Positions 26,301 to 39,892 of a stretch of 64,000 bases of DNA are shown piece by piece. Position numbers and translations under genes: made by a program. Below the pieces are notes generated by a model. The model ran no database searches. It was not told the DNA's origin and saw nothing but the letters and a program-made list of their open reading frames with translations. How positions within the stretch are numbered: the stretch's first letter is position 1; each line of letters opens with the position of its first letter. Location: assembly GCA_951406725.2 (NCBI GenBank), contig OX597817.1, forward strand, positions 31,000,001-31,064,000. The letters are read 5' to 3'. The stretch is from Octopus vulgaris. Taxonomy: Eukaryota.

Positions 26301-29300
26301 GAGAGAAAAGGATTTTAGACACTCACACACTCACGCTTCATCACGATGACGACTACAAGAAATATACTGTTTACAGTTGATTCCAATACATAAGAGAGAA
26401 AAGCTATTCAACAACCTCGAGTAGAAGAAGCATGACATGGAAACAAAGGCACGATTAGATATCTAACAGACAGGAACGTAAGAGTCAAGCTATTTTAGAC
26501 AGATGTCTCTGCTGCTAAGCAGTGTGGCCAACACTTTGGGGGTAGAATTTGATAGAAGACCGTGGATTTACTCAACGTCGCGAAAAATATATATAAAGAT
26601 AAAAGCGATAGACTTCGCAGTGAGTCGTTGTGTGGAGGAAACTTGTTTGGCTGAGAGGCCTGCCCGTCAGGCTTTATGAGTACATGCCAGACACATTCAC
26701 TCCTTTCTTGGAAGACTTAATCTTCGAAGTGTCTTAACCGAAAATTGATTGTTCCGCTAGTGGTGTTTGTGAATGAGGGGAAATCGTCGACAATTTCCGG
26801 TCCCTAATTTTACTGAACTCAGTTAAAGATTTTGGCCAAAATGCTCATGAAAGAGTCAGCGTTTATCGTAGGTAGTATGATCGAGAATGTGTTGATATGG
26901 CAGATTATGGTAATCAATCATGCCAATCAATCGAATTGCAAGAGCTATCTTGAATTAAACATTGAAAAGATGAAGATCATCGCTAAATTAGCCAAGCACA
27001 TGATTATTGATAAATCTGAAGGATTTGGCGATTGGCTATTGCTATTCATGATCTTGCCTGACAGTCCACTATTAGCTCACCTTCGACCTTAATTATAAAA
27101 TATAATAAAATATAATAATTCAAAACTCAAAATACATTATCAACTCTCTGTTATTCTTGGCCACGGCAGAGGAATATAAATAAATTATAATTGAAAGATA
27201 GCTTCAGTAACAGTCAATTTTAAAACTCAGGAATTGAACCAAGAAGAGAACTTAGCCGTGATCGATTTATCTGCTAGAAATAACAAAGAAACCGCTCTCA
27301 AATTACACCCGACTGTATTAAAAAAGAAAACGCCACTAGTAATAGTGTAGTCCATAGCGTGGGAAAAATAATATGAACACGGCTGGATATCTGTAGATCA
27401 TAGTTCTCTGTTCGATCATCTTATCTGGATCTGGAAAAAAATAACAACCCCTTAACAATCGATAATACCATGCTATATACACCAAGCATCGAAAGAGACT
27501 TCTTTCTTCGGACATGTTACAAATTAATTCGGATTTAAAATATTCTAAATAGAACAAGAAATGTATCATTACACCGCTCCCAATACCAAATACTTACAAA
27601 GACTATGGACCTAATGAACAAACTATTAGTTTTTATAGACCAGGATGAATTATCAGCCACAGGAGACCCATTCATCTGAATGATCATATGATTAAAATTT
27701 CAATTAGAAACTTTCCAAAATCATATCATGCTCCAATTCTCTAAATACTGTTAATCAAGATTCTAAGCGTTACAATGTTGTAAATATAACTTCTTTTTTT
27801 CAGGAGTTAGCGATAATGCATTGCTTTCATAGTTACATATTTCTTCTTTTATGAAATTCATCGTCATTTTCATATTTTCCTTTTAATATATTTATACATT
27901 CACATACCAACAATTATAGGTTGTTTTTTTTTTTAATTAGAAATTCATTATCACTTCGATAAACTATAATGAGACTATACGTCGCTTATATCAGACAAAA
28001 AAATCAGACAGAAATATCAGACAACAACCTGTTTAGGGAAAAAAACAATTATTCTTGTCATAAAAAATATAAAACAATATTAATCATCAACAAAAATTTT
28101 TTTTTTTTTTTTTTTTTGATTTTTGGTAGCAACAGCAGATTCTATTCTGCATTAGCTTTTTAATGCCAAAAGTTTTTAAAACAATAGCATTTTCTTACTT
28201 TATCATCCCGATGGTATCGCAAAATTATATACTACATAAACCTATATGCATAGATACATTATCAGTTTACAGATTACATGCTATTGCCAAATCTATTTAC
28301 CATCTCTTTGATGTCTGCAGAAACGAATTATGATTGCACTTTACAATCTCCTCATTTTGCATCGCTGCAATGTTGTTTTGAATTACTAAATATCTTATTG
28401 GAATAAATAGAAATGCTTTTACGCATTTTTAAAACCATGATCAAGAAACGCAGTGAGAAAATATGTTTCTTTTTTTCCTTTTTTTTTTTTTTGTCTATAG
28501 AGGTTTTCTTTCAGCATGTATCCTGTATATCATGTGTGATTTGATGTTTCGGTAATTTGCTTTTTATATAATAACAATGTCCGTTTTTGTTACAGAAGTT
28601 GCTCAAATGGCGTCTAGTATTTTAAAAGTATTCTATTGACCACAGAGGAATGAAAACTCATTTTATGTTATATCGTTAACAATAGCTTCATTAATTATAG
28701 GCTTCTAAAAGGCCAGTCACTTGTTCACTGCATATGCGATTGTGGAGAGACAATGGGGTATATGTGAAACCTGTGCAGAATAAATGCCTTAGTCTTTTAA
28801 TTTTGGCACACTCGCTTATCAGTAATGTATCGCCGATATGTATATCTTTTTTCGATATGCACGTACATATATACATATAGGAAGTAAATTTCCCTCAAAC
28901 TGGACTGATTAACCAGCCGTTTGTTCAATAGACTGCTTAACGAACTACGAAGTGAAATCGAACTTTGAATTACCTGATTTCGAAGCCAACTTCACTACTC
29001 TGCCACAAAAACACTCCTAATAATTAAACTTCAAACATAGTTAGACACTAAGAATAGTTAAACATCAAATTAAACATCAAAAGGCATATAACTGATGCCA
29101 TATTTTTCCACAATACTTTTCTTCGGACAGTGGAGTACAATAGCTTGTACATATTTTAATCGATCTTGACACCTGAAGGGCACCTGAAGCGATGCAACTA
29201 ACTGCAGCTTCTGCGCCGTTGAAGCGATTCTATCAATCCATACTTTTTCCATATCATTTCTACATGTTTTCAAAACTATTTTTATGTGTCTGAATTTTTC

Positions 29301-29343
29301 AACATGCGAGTACACTTATATGACATAAGTATATTCATGTATA

Positions 29344-29600
29344 AAAAAAGTGAAGTTACTTTCTCAAGTCATACTGACTCATAAAGGCCAGTTTTCCGGT
29401 TTCATGGCGTCTATATTCCCCACCTGGGCAGGACGCCGGTCCGTCTCAGGATTACTCATTTTTGCCAGCTGAGTGGACTGGAGCAACGTGAAATGAAGTG
29501 ATTTGCTCAATAATACAAAGCGTCGCCTGGTCCAGGAATCGAAGCTGCTATCTTACGACCATGAATACAACACCCTAACCACTTAGTCACGCAACTCCAC
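29344..29600 (-). mobile_element. CORE-type tRNA SINE
   Basis: Head GTGG..GTGACTAAGTGGTTAGGG, TTCGATTCC, TTGAGCAAATCACTTCATTTCAC; degenerate TSD TATATTCAT. Confidence 0.75.
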
Positions 29601-30154
29601 TATATATTCATATATGGCAATTATATTCTTTGCCTATACATACGAGAATGATATTGCATGTTATATATCAGAATTATGTTTCACATGCTTAGTTCACAAG
29701 GAAACAGCATTCTTTCATTAAAATTCGGATAGAAATAAGTGAAATCAACTTGTGAACAATGTTTTGACAAAACATTGTTTAACTTCAGTATGCAATTCTT
29801 AAGTTGACTTTTACAGATGAATTTCCATGAAAAAGCGATGCACTTACTGCAAATTTCATCAATATCCCAAATGTTCAAGTTGAACACTTAAACCGTATAA
29901 AGATATTCACTTTAGTAATATATCATTTACCTATAAACGTATTGTTTCTAGTTTTAATTATGGTACTTCATTCTGTTTTAGCATTTAAATAACGCCTATG
30001 TCACATGTCTGTTGCACCGGTTTCTGCTTAAAGCTCTCCACTGAAGCTCTTCACTAATCATTACATGCAGTTTTTCATCCCATTATAATTTGTCCATTTT
30101 TTACCTCAGTGCACAAATTTCTACTGTTCAGGTTCTATAATGACTACATACGTG

Positions 30155-30238
30155 AGTGAATGAGTGAGTGAGTGAGAGAGAAATAGAAAGAGGAGAGAGA
30201 ATGGGAGGAATAGATAGACAGACAGACAGACAGACAGT

Positions 30239-30304
<66 letters not shown>
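30155..30304. repeat. (GAGT)/(GACA)/(GATA)n microsatellite
   Basis: Direct. Confidence 0.9.
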
Positions 30305-30618
30305 TGTTAGTAATAACAAACCGGAGAAAAGTACCCGCTACTAGTAATAAAATGTAGGTAATTTAATTCGGTTTGGTGAAACGTGTCTGATGCCTGTTTT
30401 AGCATTTTTTTCGTCAGACAAAACATTTTAATCTAAATGGTTTCATTTTTATCAATAATCATTAGAGAGGACGAAATTTCATTTGATTGAAGACACATGT
30501 TAAAATATATCTATAAATAATTAGCAATCAGATCATATTTGGATCATTTCGCTTTGATAAGTCTTCGAGTACGTTAATTATTTTACAGAAATTTTAATTT
30601 TATTCGCCATCTATAAGT

Positions 30619-30992
30619 GATGGAAGCACTCCGTCGGTTACGGTTGATCCGAATCAACGGAACAGCCTGCTCGTGAAATTAAAGTGTAAGTGGCTGAGCA
30701 CTCCACAGACACGTGCACCCTTAACGTAGTTCTCGTGGATATTCAGCGTGACACAGAGAGTGACAAGGCCGGCCGCTTGAAATACAGGTACAACAGAAAC
30801 AGGAAGTAAGAGTGAGAGAATGTTGTGGTGAAAGAGTACAGCAGGGATCACCACCATCCCCTGCCGGAGCCTCGTGGAGCTTTTAGGTGTTTTCGCTCAA
30901 TAAACACTCACAACGCCCGGTCTGGGAATCGAAACCGCGATCCTATGACCGCGAGTCCGCTGCCCTAACCACTGGGCCATTGCGCCTCCACT
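30619..30992 (-). mobile_element. SINE family A
   Basis: 11-bp TSD CATCTATAAGT at 30608-30618 and 30993-31003; small deletion near the 3' end between CGGTT microhomologies. Confidence 0.92.
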
Positions 30993-31258
30993 CATCTATA
31001 AGTATGATATGCATGTTAAAATATATGTATTAAGTATTAATATTGTTTTCATAAATGTAGGGTGAAGTAAGTATGTATGTTTTTCAGCTTCAGTATAAAA
31101 GTCGAAAGTTTAGTTCAAGATGAACCAGCAATTTATATTCATCCGAAACTGGCTCCTCATAACTTTAAAGGCAACCATTCAGTTGATACTGTTGTTTACA
31201 AATGCATACAATAACAAAATAAAAGAGTTGCTTTCATTCCACTAGTCCCCTTGTGTAA

Positions 31259-31453
31259 AGTTAATCCAAACATGAAAACACAAAGAGAAAGCACAACGCG
31301 ACGACGTGGAACAAAATAGTGTTATTGGACGCTCAGGAAAGGAAAGAAAGAAGGGGGATTTAACGTTTCGAGCAGAGCTCTTCGTTAGAAACAGAGGAAC
31401 AGGAAAGATCCAAGGAAGGGAAGATGGAGGAAAAAAGATCGCCAACGATACGC
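31259..31453 (-). mobile_element. Hammerhead-bearing short element (Penelope pLTR-like), family H1
   Basis: Homologous to 56360-56565; motif ttt-CTAACGA-A-GAGC-TCT-GCTC-GAAACGTT-aaa at 31359-31391. Confidence 0.65.
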
Positions 31454-32338
31454 CTTATATTACTGGCTAACATTAAGGCCAGGATAAACTAAGTCCAAGA
31501 TAATACAGGATTTGAGCACAGAATGTAAAAGAAAAGAAACACTGTCAATTTGATAAATATCGTACTGCTAAATGTTGATATTTCAAATAGTGACAAAAGC
31601 GAATATCATGTTGCTGGAGTAAACAATATATTTCTAATAGAAGTCAACACATTTTGTTTATTGTAAAGAAAGCCTTTGTATAAGGGATGTCAAAACATTT
31701 AGCTTCTGTAGCAAATATATTCAGACAGAATATACTTTGTTTTATTCTTGAATCAATGAAAAGATAATTTCAAGATAATGACAATGTTATTTAACTTTAT
31801 TGTTATTATAATAGCTATTAGTGTGATTTAGCATAAAGATTCCTCTTACAATGTATTTGAAAAGCGGAAAACTTGAACAAATATGTTGAATTAACTTCAC
31901 ATTTGTTTATTCTTTTAAAACCTTAATATTTTATTGTTTTATTCTTATTGCAATAAAATTAATATATATATTAATATAACGGGCAATTAGAGATAGGTTT
32001 TGTGTTTTAAATCATCTATAAAACTGGGGCTTTTTTTTCATTTTATTCAGAAATATTATTTCTTGTTTGACTTCAGTCTCTTCAACTTCACAACCTCTGT
32101 ATTTTATTTTTATTTTATATTTCATTTTTCATTATATGTCATTTTCTCTGAGTGTGTGAGAATCGAAAGTTTCATTTTAACACCTCGTCCATTCATTGAC
32201 GTCTCTCTCTCTCTCGCTCTCTCTCTCTCTCGCTCTCTCTCTCTTTCTCCCAAACATACAAGCTAAACAACTGTTTTAACTATATAGTTGGGTGTGATTT
32301 CTAACCTATTACTTCCGTTTGGCAAGAATATATACTTC

Positions 32339-32900
32339 AAATGCAGCGAACTGGCAGAAACGTTAGCACGCCGAGCGAAATGCATAGCCGTATTTCGTCT
32401 GCCTTTACGTTCTGAGTTCAAATTCCGCCGAGGTCGACTTTGCCTTTCATCCTTTCGGGGTCGATAAATTAAGTACCAGTTACCCACTGGGGTCGATGTA
32501 ATCGACTTAATCCGTTTGTTTGTCCTTCTTTGTCCCCTCTGTGTTTAGCCCCTTGTGGGTAGTAAAGAAATAGGTATTTCGTCTGCCGCTACGTTCTGAG
32601 TTCAAATTCCGCCGATGTCGACTTTGCCTTTCATCCTTTCGGGGTCGATAAATTAAGTACCAGTTACCCACAGGGGTCGATGTAATCGACTTAATCCGTT
32701 TGTTTGTCCTTGTTTGTCCCCTCTGTGTTTAGCCCCTTGTGGGTAGTAAAGAAATAGGTATTTCGTCTGCCGCTATGTTCTGAGTTCAAATTCCGCCGAT
32801 GTCGACTTTGCCTTTCATCCTTTCGGGGTCGATAAATTAAGTACCAGTTACCCACTCGGGTCGATGTAATCCTTAATCCGTTTGTGGGTAGTAGGGAAAT
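32339..32900 (+). mobile_element. SINE family B trimer (one head, 184-bp period)
   Basis: Units restart at GTATTTCG 32390/32574/32758; 15-bp TSD AAGAATATA(T/C)ACTTC at 32324-32338 and 32901-32915. Confidence 0.9.
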
Positions 32901-32950
32901 AAGAATATACACTTCTATTCAGAAATGTTCTCCCTTTTCCCTTGTCATTA

Positions 32951-33340
32951 TTTACTCTTTTACTCTTTTACTTGTTTCAGTCATGACTGTGGCCATGCTG
33001 GAGCACCGCCTTTAGTCGAGCAACTCGACCCCGGGACTTATTCTTTTGTAAGCCCAGTACTTATTCTATCGGTCTCTTTTGCCGAACTGCTAAGTAACGG
33101 GAACATAAACACACCAGCATCGGTTGTCAAGCAATGCTAGGGGGACAAACACAGACACACAAACACGCATATATATATATATATATATATACGACGGGCT
33201 TCTTTCAGTTTCCGTCTACCAAATCCACTCACAAGGCATTGGTCGGCCCGAGGCTATAGTAGAAGACACTTACCCAAGGTGCCACGCAGTGGGACAGAAC
33301 CCGGAAACATGTGGTTGGTAAACAAGCTACTTACCACACA
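32951..33340 (-). mobile_element. SINE family C
   Basis: Reverse complement of the 20390 copy, slightly 5'-truncated. Confidence 0.88.
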
Positions 33341-33749
33341 ATCCAGGCGTAACTGTAGATATTCATTTCGAACCTAGAATACAGTAGAATATTTGCAGGA
33401 AGTTTAGAAAATTAGCAACCTTACTCGTAAAGAACATACACTGATTTGAACTGATAAACGAGTGAAACCATTCAGAAACACGATAAATATAAAAAGACTA
33501 ATTCACCGAGTACTGTAAAATAACTTTGTTAATATTGGAAGAGTATGATTCGAACTAAGGCTGGTTGGATACGAAACAAATATGAATTTAGTATCTCTGT
33601 CTTTATCTCACTTTTATATCATACTTTCTTTTGATACCTTTCTATCACATTTTATCTCTCATCCTACCTTTTGCTTTCTTCGACTCGCTTTCAATTTCAC
33701 AACTATTTGCCACTTCATTTCCATTCTTATCTAGTATTCTTACCTATGA

Positions 33750-33879
33750 CTCTCTCCCTCTCACTCACTCTCTCTCTCTGTGTTTCTTCTCTCTCTCTCG
33801 CTCTTAGTCTGTCTGTCTGTCTCTCTCTCTCTGTATATATATATATTTATGTGTGTGCACATATGTGTGTATATATACA

Positions 33880-33913
<34 letters not shown>

Positions 33914-33984
33914 TATGAATATATATATGCATGTATATATGTATATATATATATAGGTATGTATGTATATATATATATATAGGT

Positions 33985-34024
<40 letters not shown>

Positions 34025-34190
34025 ATGTATGAATATGCTCTCCTTTTAGGTTTTACTATTTCAACCTTTTTACTTTCCTTCATATGCGGTGTGTGTGTGA
34101 GTGTGTGTCTGTGTGTGTGTGTGTTTGTGTGTGTGTGTGCGTGTGTGTGTGTGCGTACATGCGTACGTATGTGTGTATACATATACATGT
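33750..34190. repeat. Compound CT/TA/CA/TG microsatellite tract
   Basis: Direct. Confidence 0.9.
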
Positions 34191-34879
34191 CTTGGATCTC
34201 TCATTTTTCGTATTCTTATTTTCGATCCTCTTTTCCTTTACCCTTTAACACTCTTTTTCTCACTCACTCTCTCGCCCAATGACTCTTTCTGTATTATTCT
34301 CGTTCTTTTTAATATCTTTCTCATTCTATTTATTTATATTCTGTCCATCATATCCATCCATATATTTATCTAGCTATCTGTCTTTTTGTCTACTTATCGT
34401 ATCCCTCAAGGCATCATAGTCATTTAATGATGAGGCTCACACGTGGTTACCATATTCATTTCGGTCGGAGGCAGAGAAACATGGTTGGAAGCCAAATTCA
34501 GTTCCCATGATGGAAATCTGCCAGACTTTCCTAGACAATGCAAAAGAAAAATTATGGTTAATTCCTTTTCGTTCAGCAATATTGCCGTCAGTGCCATAGA
34601 CAAGGAACTAAGGAAATGGTAAACATTATTTTTCTCTGTTTGGACGTCATATTATCGTAGATTGGACATAATAACCACCAACTAGATTTAAATATTTCTT
34701 CCAACATCTTGCCATAGACTTACTGCTAACAAATTATGGAAAACATAATTTTAAATCTGTCGAGTTTTATATGTGTGTATGTATGTTGAGGTTATATAAA
34801 CTTGTGTGTTTATATTTGTGCCTATCCATGTACATTTTAAAACTTACATATTCATAACATTGTATACGATTATATTTTC

Positions 34880-35060
34880 TTTCTAAACGTTTTTAGATAC
34901 GGCAGAAGGGGAAGGGCCCATTCACAATGGTTAAGTCTATATAGCTGATGCTTGGCTTGAAATCTCATAGCTAGAAAATGTGGGTTCCAGAGTTTTACAG
35001 TTTTACTATTAAAGGTTTGGTACATGTGAAATTTTGAAGCTGAAACACACAAAAAAAGGA
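34880..35060 (-). mobile_element. Possible decayed L2/Jockey-like LINE 3' end
   Basis: FNSKTVKLWN resembles the R...LWN.LP motif. Confidence 0.3.
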
Positions 35061-35544
35061 AGATGAGTAATAAGCTGAAATGCAGGCAGGGCCCAATTTT
35101 ATAATTCCGAAATTCAGGAATTATTGAATTAATGACGGCTCAGACATTTTGATAACCCAGTGTATCAGTGCACAAGAGATTAAAGTGTATTCATGAATTA
35201 AAGCTAAGTGATGGCGTACCAACAACGTGCAATACCACTCGACACAATAACCTCCCTTTCTTTTCACCGCCATACTGCTGTCTTCTTTCATTTAGTATTA
35301 GATTTAAAGCTAACACTTCCTCCTAAGAGTGTCAATCTCCTAGAAATACCTTCCTGCAGTAGTAACTCAAAAGAGGAAAGCTTCAGACAGAGCAGATTTC
35401 CATTTCAATCCAGTTACTTATAGCCAATGCTAACAGCAACATTGTACTAATCTTGCATTGTGTGATATTGTAGTGTTACCATAAGAAAACTCCGATTACT
35501 TTATTTTTAAAGTTTTCTTTACTCTATATTTATTTACAAGATAT

Positions 35545-35928
35545 GGTGGAAGCACTCCGTCGGTTACGACGACGAGGGTTCCGGTTGATCCGATCAACGG
35601 AACAGCCTGCTCGTGAAATTAACGTGTAAGTGGCTGAGCACTCCACAGACACGTGTACCCTTAACGTAGTTCTCGTGGATATTCAGCGTGACACAGAGAG
35701 TGACAAGGCCGGCCCTTTGAAATACAGGTACAACAGAAACAGGAAGTAAGAGTGAGAGAAAGTTGTGGTGAAAGAGTACAGTAGGGATCACCACCATCCC
35801 CTGCCCGAGCCTCGTGGAGCTTTAGGTGTTTTCGCTCAATAAACACTCACAACGCCCGGTCTGGGAATCGAAACCGCGATCCTATGACCGCGAGTCCGCT
35901 GCCCTAACCACTGGGCCATTGCGCCTCC
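35545..35928 (-). mobile_element. SINE family A
   Basis: 11-bp TSD TTACAAGATAT at 35534-35544 and 35929-35939. Confidence 0.92.
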
Positions 35929-36029
35929 TTACAAGATATATTTCTGTGAACAACTAAGCATTTTTGGCAAACATTTTGTTTCTTTTCAGAACTATCCGTT
36001 GGAACGACATACCCGATGATATTTTGCTC

Positions 36030-36216
36030 AAGGCTTAAAATTTAGTGGGAAGGGGGGATTGTCAATTACATCAACCCCAGTGCTTCACACTTATTTTATG
36101 GACATCGAAAGGATGAAAGGCAAAGCTGACCCCAGTGGAATTTGAACTCAGAATGTAAAAACGGACGAAATAACGCTAAATATTTTCTCCGGTATGGTAA
36201 TGATTCTCGCCGCCTT
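36030..36216 (-). mobile_element. Degenerate SINE family B
   Basis: GAAAGGATGAAAGGCAAAG...GGAATTTGAACTCAGAA. Confidence 0.7.
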
Positions 36217-36894
36217 AGATACACCCTATAATATTCCCCACTAACATTAGAAAAAGCAACCAGTTACTGCCACCCAACTATTAAAGAATCTATTCATTCA
36301 TATAGCAGCGAAAGAGCCGTTTTCGGTCGCTAAACCAGAGAGAAGTATCAACTTAGTCTTCGTCAACCGACACTCAAAAAACTTGAAAGCATAGATACGC
36401 TATTTCTGAAAAAAAAAAGACAGAGTAGTCATGGCTGGAAAGGCCTTTGTTCAAAGATCTATGCAACTGGGAATAGCCTGAAGTTGCAGAACAACAATTA
36501 CTAAACTAGCATCTTATTTACAACAAAACCGATATGAACATTGAAAAAAATCTTCGGCATCTGAAAATGTCTATAATTTTATGGCTTAAAAAAACTGTAC
36601 AGAATATTCAAATACCAAGACTTTTAAACATCTCAGAGGTAATTTAGTTTTCTTTCACAAGCAATTATTATTATGGCATATTCTGTAGAAAATAATCTTT
36701 GATATTTTTTCCTTATTGTTGAAGAAATGTCAATCTTGTTTAGGAAAATGAGGAGGTTGAACAGTAATACATCAAAAGATAAGTAAAAAAATTTCAAAAG
36801 ATGAAAGGTTTCAATTTATAGTAATTTTGGATCACTAAAGTTCTGGCTTTGGTTTGAAATATCTATTTGTCTATCTATCTATTGAACAATGTGT

Positions 36895-36998
36895 GTGTAT
36901 GAGCACGTACGTACGTATGTATGAATGTATGTATGTATGTATGTATGTATGTATGTATGTATGTATGTATGTATGTATGTATGTATGTATGTATGTGT
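36895..36998. repeat. (TATG)n microsatellite
   Basis: Direct. Confidence 0.95.
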
Positions 36999-37290
36999 AA
37001 CAACACAGTTTTCTTGGGTAAAAAAAAATCCACTGAATCCTGATTTTAAAAGACGGATATGTTAAAATAGTTTCAGAAGCTACCACTACTATTTTAGTTT
37101 TCTAAGAAGACGAAAACAGAAAAGAAGAAATATGATTACAGAAAATAATTGTTTTTAATTAGGCCCGAGCCAACAATTTTAGAGGATGGTTTCGTCGATT
37201 AGATCGAACTCGATATTTCAGTGGTATCTTATCAGCCCCGAAAGGACGAAAGACAAAGTTACATCGGCAGTATTTGAACTCAGATTGTAA

Positions 37291-37629
37291 GAATAAAGAC
37301 CCCCCCTTCGGTCCTGAATGACCATGGAATTTCATCAAGAATGTTCCCCTCCGGGGTACAAGCCTGGGTAAGGTTGTTTATAGAATACCAGCAGTCGCCC
37401 ATGCATACCAGCGTCCCTTGTCCACGCAACCGATGTTATCTAAGGGAATGGCAAAGGCTGGTACAGCTTGGCACCAGTGACGTCGGATCTCATTTCTACA
37501 GCTGAGTGAACAAGAACAACGTGAAATAAAGTGTCTTGCTCAAGAACATAACACACAACTCGGTCCGGAAATCGAACTCACTATCTCATGATTGTGAGCC
37601 CGACGCTCTAACCACTGAGCCATGCACCT
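37291..37629 (-). mobile_element. CORE-type tRNA SINE nested in an old family-B copy
   Basis: Head GGTGCATGGCTCAGTGGTTAGAG, GAGTTCGATTTCC; 11-bp TSD TCAGATTGTAA at 37280-37290 and 37630-37640. Confidence 0.85.
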
Positions 37630-37729
37630 TCAGATTGTAACGAGCACTAACAAATACCTCATGATATTTTCCTTCTTCCAATCCATTGAGGTTCTTACAG
37701 AAAATATTTGCTTTTGATTTAGAGACAAG

Positions 37730-38115
37730 ACCAGTAATAGTCGTGGGAAGGTTTAGTCGATTATGTCGATCCTAACCCTAAACTGGTGCTTTATTTTATA
37801 AATTCTGAAGGAAAAACGCTGACCTCGGCGGGTTTTGAATTCAAGGAAGAAGAAAGGAAGAAATACTGCAAGGCATTTTGTCCAGCGCTCCAAAGATTCT
37901 TGCCAGTTCACCGCCCCAGATATGGAAAAATAATTGTTTCTGAATCTGGCATAAACCCACTAATTTTGTCGGGAGTAAGTCGTTACTATTGACCCTAGTA
38001 CTTGACTACTACATTATTTTATCGATCCCGAAAGGATGAAAAGCAAAGCGGAATTTCGCAGAATTTGAACTCAGAATGTTGAGTCGGAGCACTAAGCACG
38101 AAACATTTTTTCCGA
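37730..38115 (-). mobile_element. Two degenerate SINE family B copies
   Basis: TCGATCCCGAAAGGATGAAAAGCAAAG, TTTGAACTCAGAA. Confidence 0.6.
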
Positions 38116-38299
38116 AGTTCTAATTATTTAAACTATCTAATACTCCTGATGTGGAAATAATAATTCTTTCTTCTAAGAGCATTAGATCTGAAATTACATC
38201 AACCTCAGTATATAAATCATTTCGCTTTAAGCACAAAGTCAGTAATGCTGATGGAAGTGACTGAGTGAGTGAGTTGTTATTATCGACCTTAGTACTTGA

Positions 38300-38735
38300 C
38301 TCTCTCTCTCTTTTACTCTCTTTTTTACTCTTTTACTCTTTTACTTGTTTCAGTTATTTGACTGCGGCCATGCTAGAGCACCGCCTTTAATCGAGCAACT
38401 CAACCCCGGGACTTATTCTTTTGTAAGCCCAGTACTTATTCTATCGGTCTCTTTTGCCGAACCGCTAAGTAACGGGGACATAAACACACCAGCATCGGTT
38501 GTCAAGCAATGCTAGGGGGACAAACACAGGCACATAAATACACACACGCATATATATATATATACATATATACGACGGGCTTCTTTCAGTTTCCGTCTAC
38601 CAAATCCACTCACAAGCTTTGGTCGGCCCGAGGCTATAGTAGAAGACACTTGCCCAAGGTGCCACGCAGTGGGACTGAATCCGGAACCATGTGGTCGGTT
38701 AGCAAGCTACTTACCACACAGCCACTCCTGCGCCT
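38300..38735 (-). mobile_element. SINE family C nested in an old family-B copy (about 38270-38875)
   Basis: Full-length match to 20390; family B sequence resumes at 38737. Confidence 0.88.
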
Positions 38736-39892
38736 AATACTTTATTTTATCGACCCCAAAAAGATGAAAGGCAAAGTTAAACTTCGAAGGATCTGAACTC
38801 AGAGCATTAACGATTGAAACACAAAACACGAAGCATTTTTCCGACGCTCAAAAGATTCTACCTATCTGCCGCTCTTGATATTATGATAGGGGGAGGCAAA
38901 CAAGACGCGAACGTATTACAGGGATACACTAAATGATTAACACAATTCATCTGTAACTCTTCTTTGATTTTTAATTTCCCACGAATCAGTTTAATCTTTT
39001 TTTCTCTCTGATTTTTAAAAACATTTCTGATGGTGAATATATAACTAGGAATTAACTACTGGTGTTAAATGTACCAACCAGAGACACAACTCGCTAATTT
39101 GCTTTTATTGTTAAGAATAAATGTTACAAAACGAAAATGTGTAATTTGAATTTAATGCTACTAGAAGCCATGCAAATGTCTGAATTTCTAAAACTATGTT
39201 AAAACAGAAATTGGATTTGGAATATGAAAAATTAAAATGTTGCAAAATTTTGTTTCCTGAGTCATCAGTAAGTTAGCATGTCATAACGAGAGGATTCTGT
39301 AAATTATTATCAGCTGTATTGATAACGATTAAGTGAGAGGAGAGAGCTGTAACATTCGTGCCGTCCATAAAATTAAAAGCATTAGTGTTGTAAGTGCAAG
39401 TTTCCTTCTTCTTAAGTTTTTATTATTATTATTGTTGCTGCATAGCCAATGCTTTTGCTATATATAGCCCCTGGCCAATTCTGATTCAACAAACCTATGA
39501 TTAAAGGGGGTTCCAGCCATGACCATTCTGTCTTCGTCAACACAAGTATAATAATACTTTTGTAGACACAGATATATCCCAAGACTATATACGTATTTCC
39601 TACACATTTTAAGATAGGGAGAAATGATTTTAGACAGATTTTGGCTGTTATTTCTAGACCGAGCGAGACGTACACCTCTTTCTCTTGGTTTTCATGGAGT
39701 TCGTAAAAGTGGTAATGGGAGATTGGATCAGAAATTGATTTAACAAAATTATAATTTGCTATCCAGTTTATAGTCTGAACTTATGCAATCCAAATCAATT
39801 GTCAATAGATGTGTAGTTTGTAAGGGAGGGGCTACAAGCACATTAAAATGTTATTGTTTTCGTGTGTCGATGATATTTCTTTGTCTTTGCAG

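Noticed and set aside
32339-32900. Regularly spaced repeats resembling a CRISPR array
   Set aside because: The units are 184-bp tandem SINE bodies with no unique spacers and no cas genes, in a eukaryotic context.
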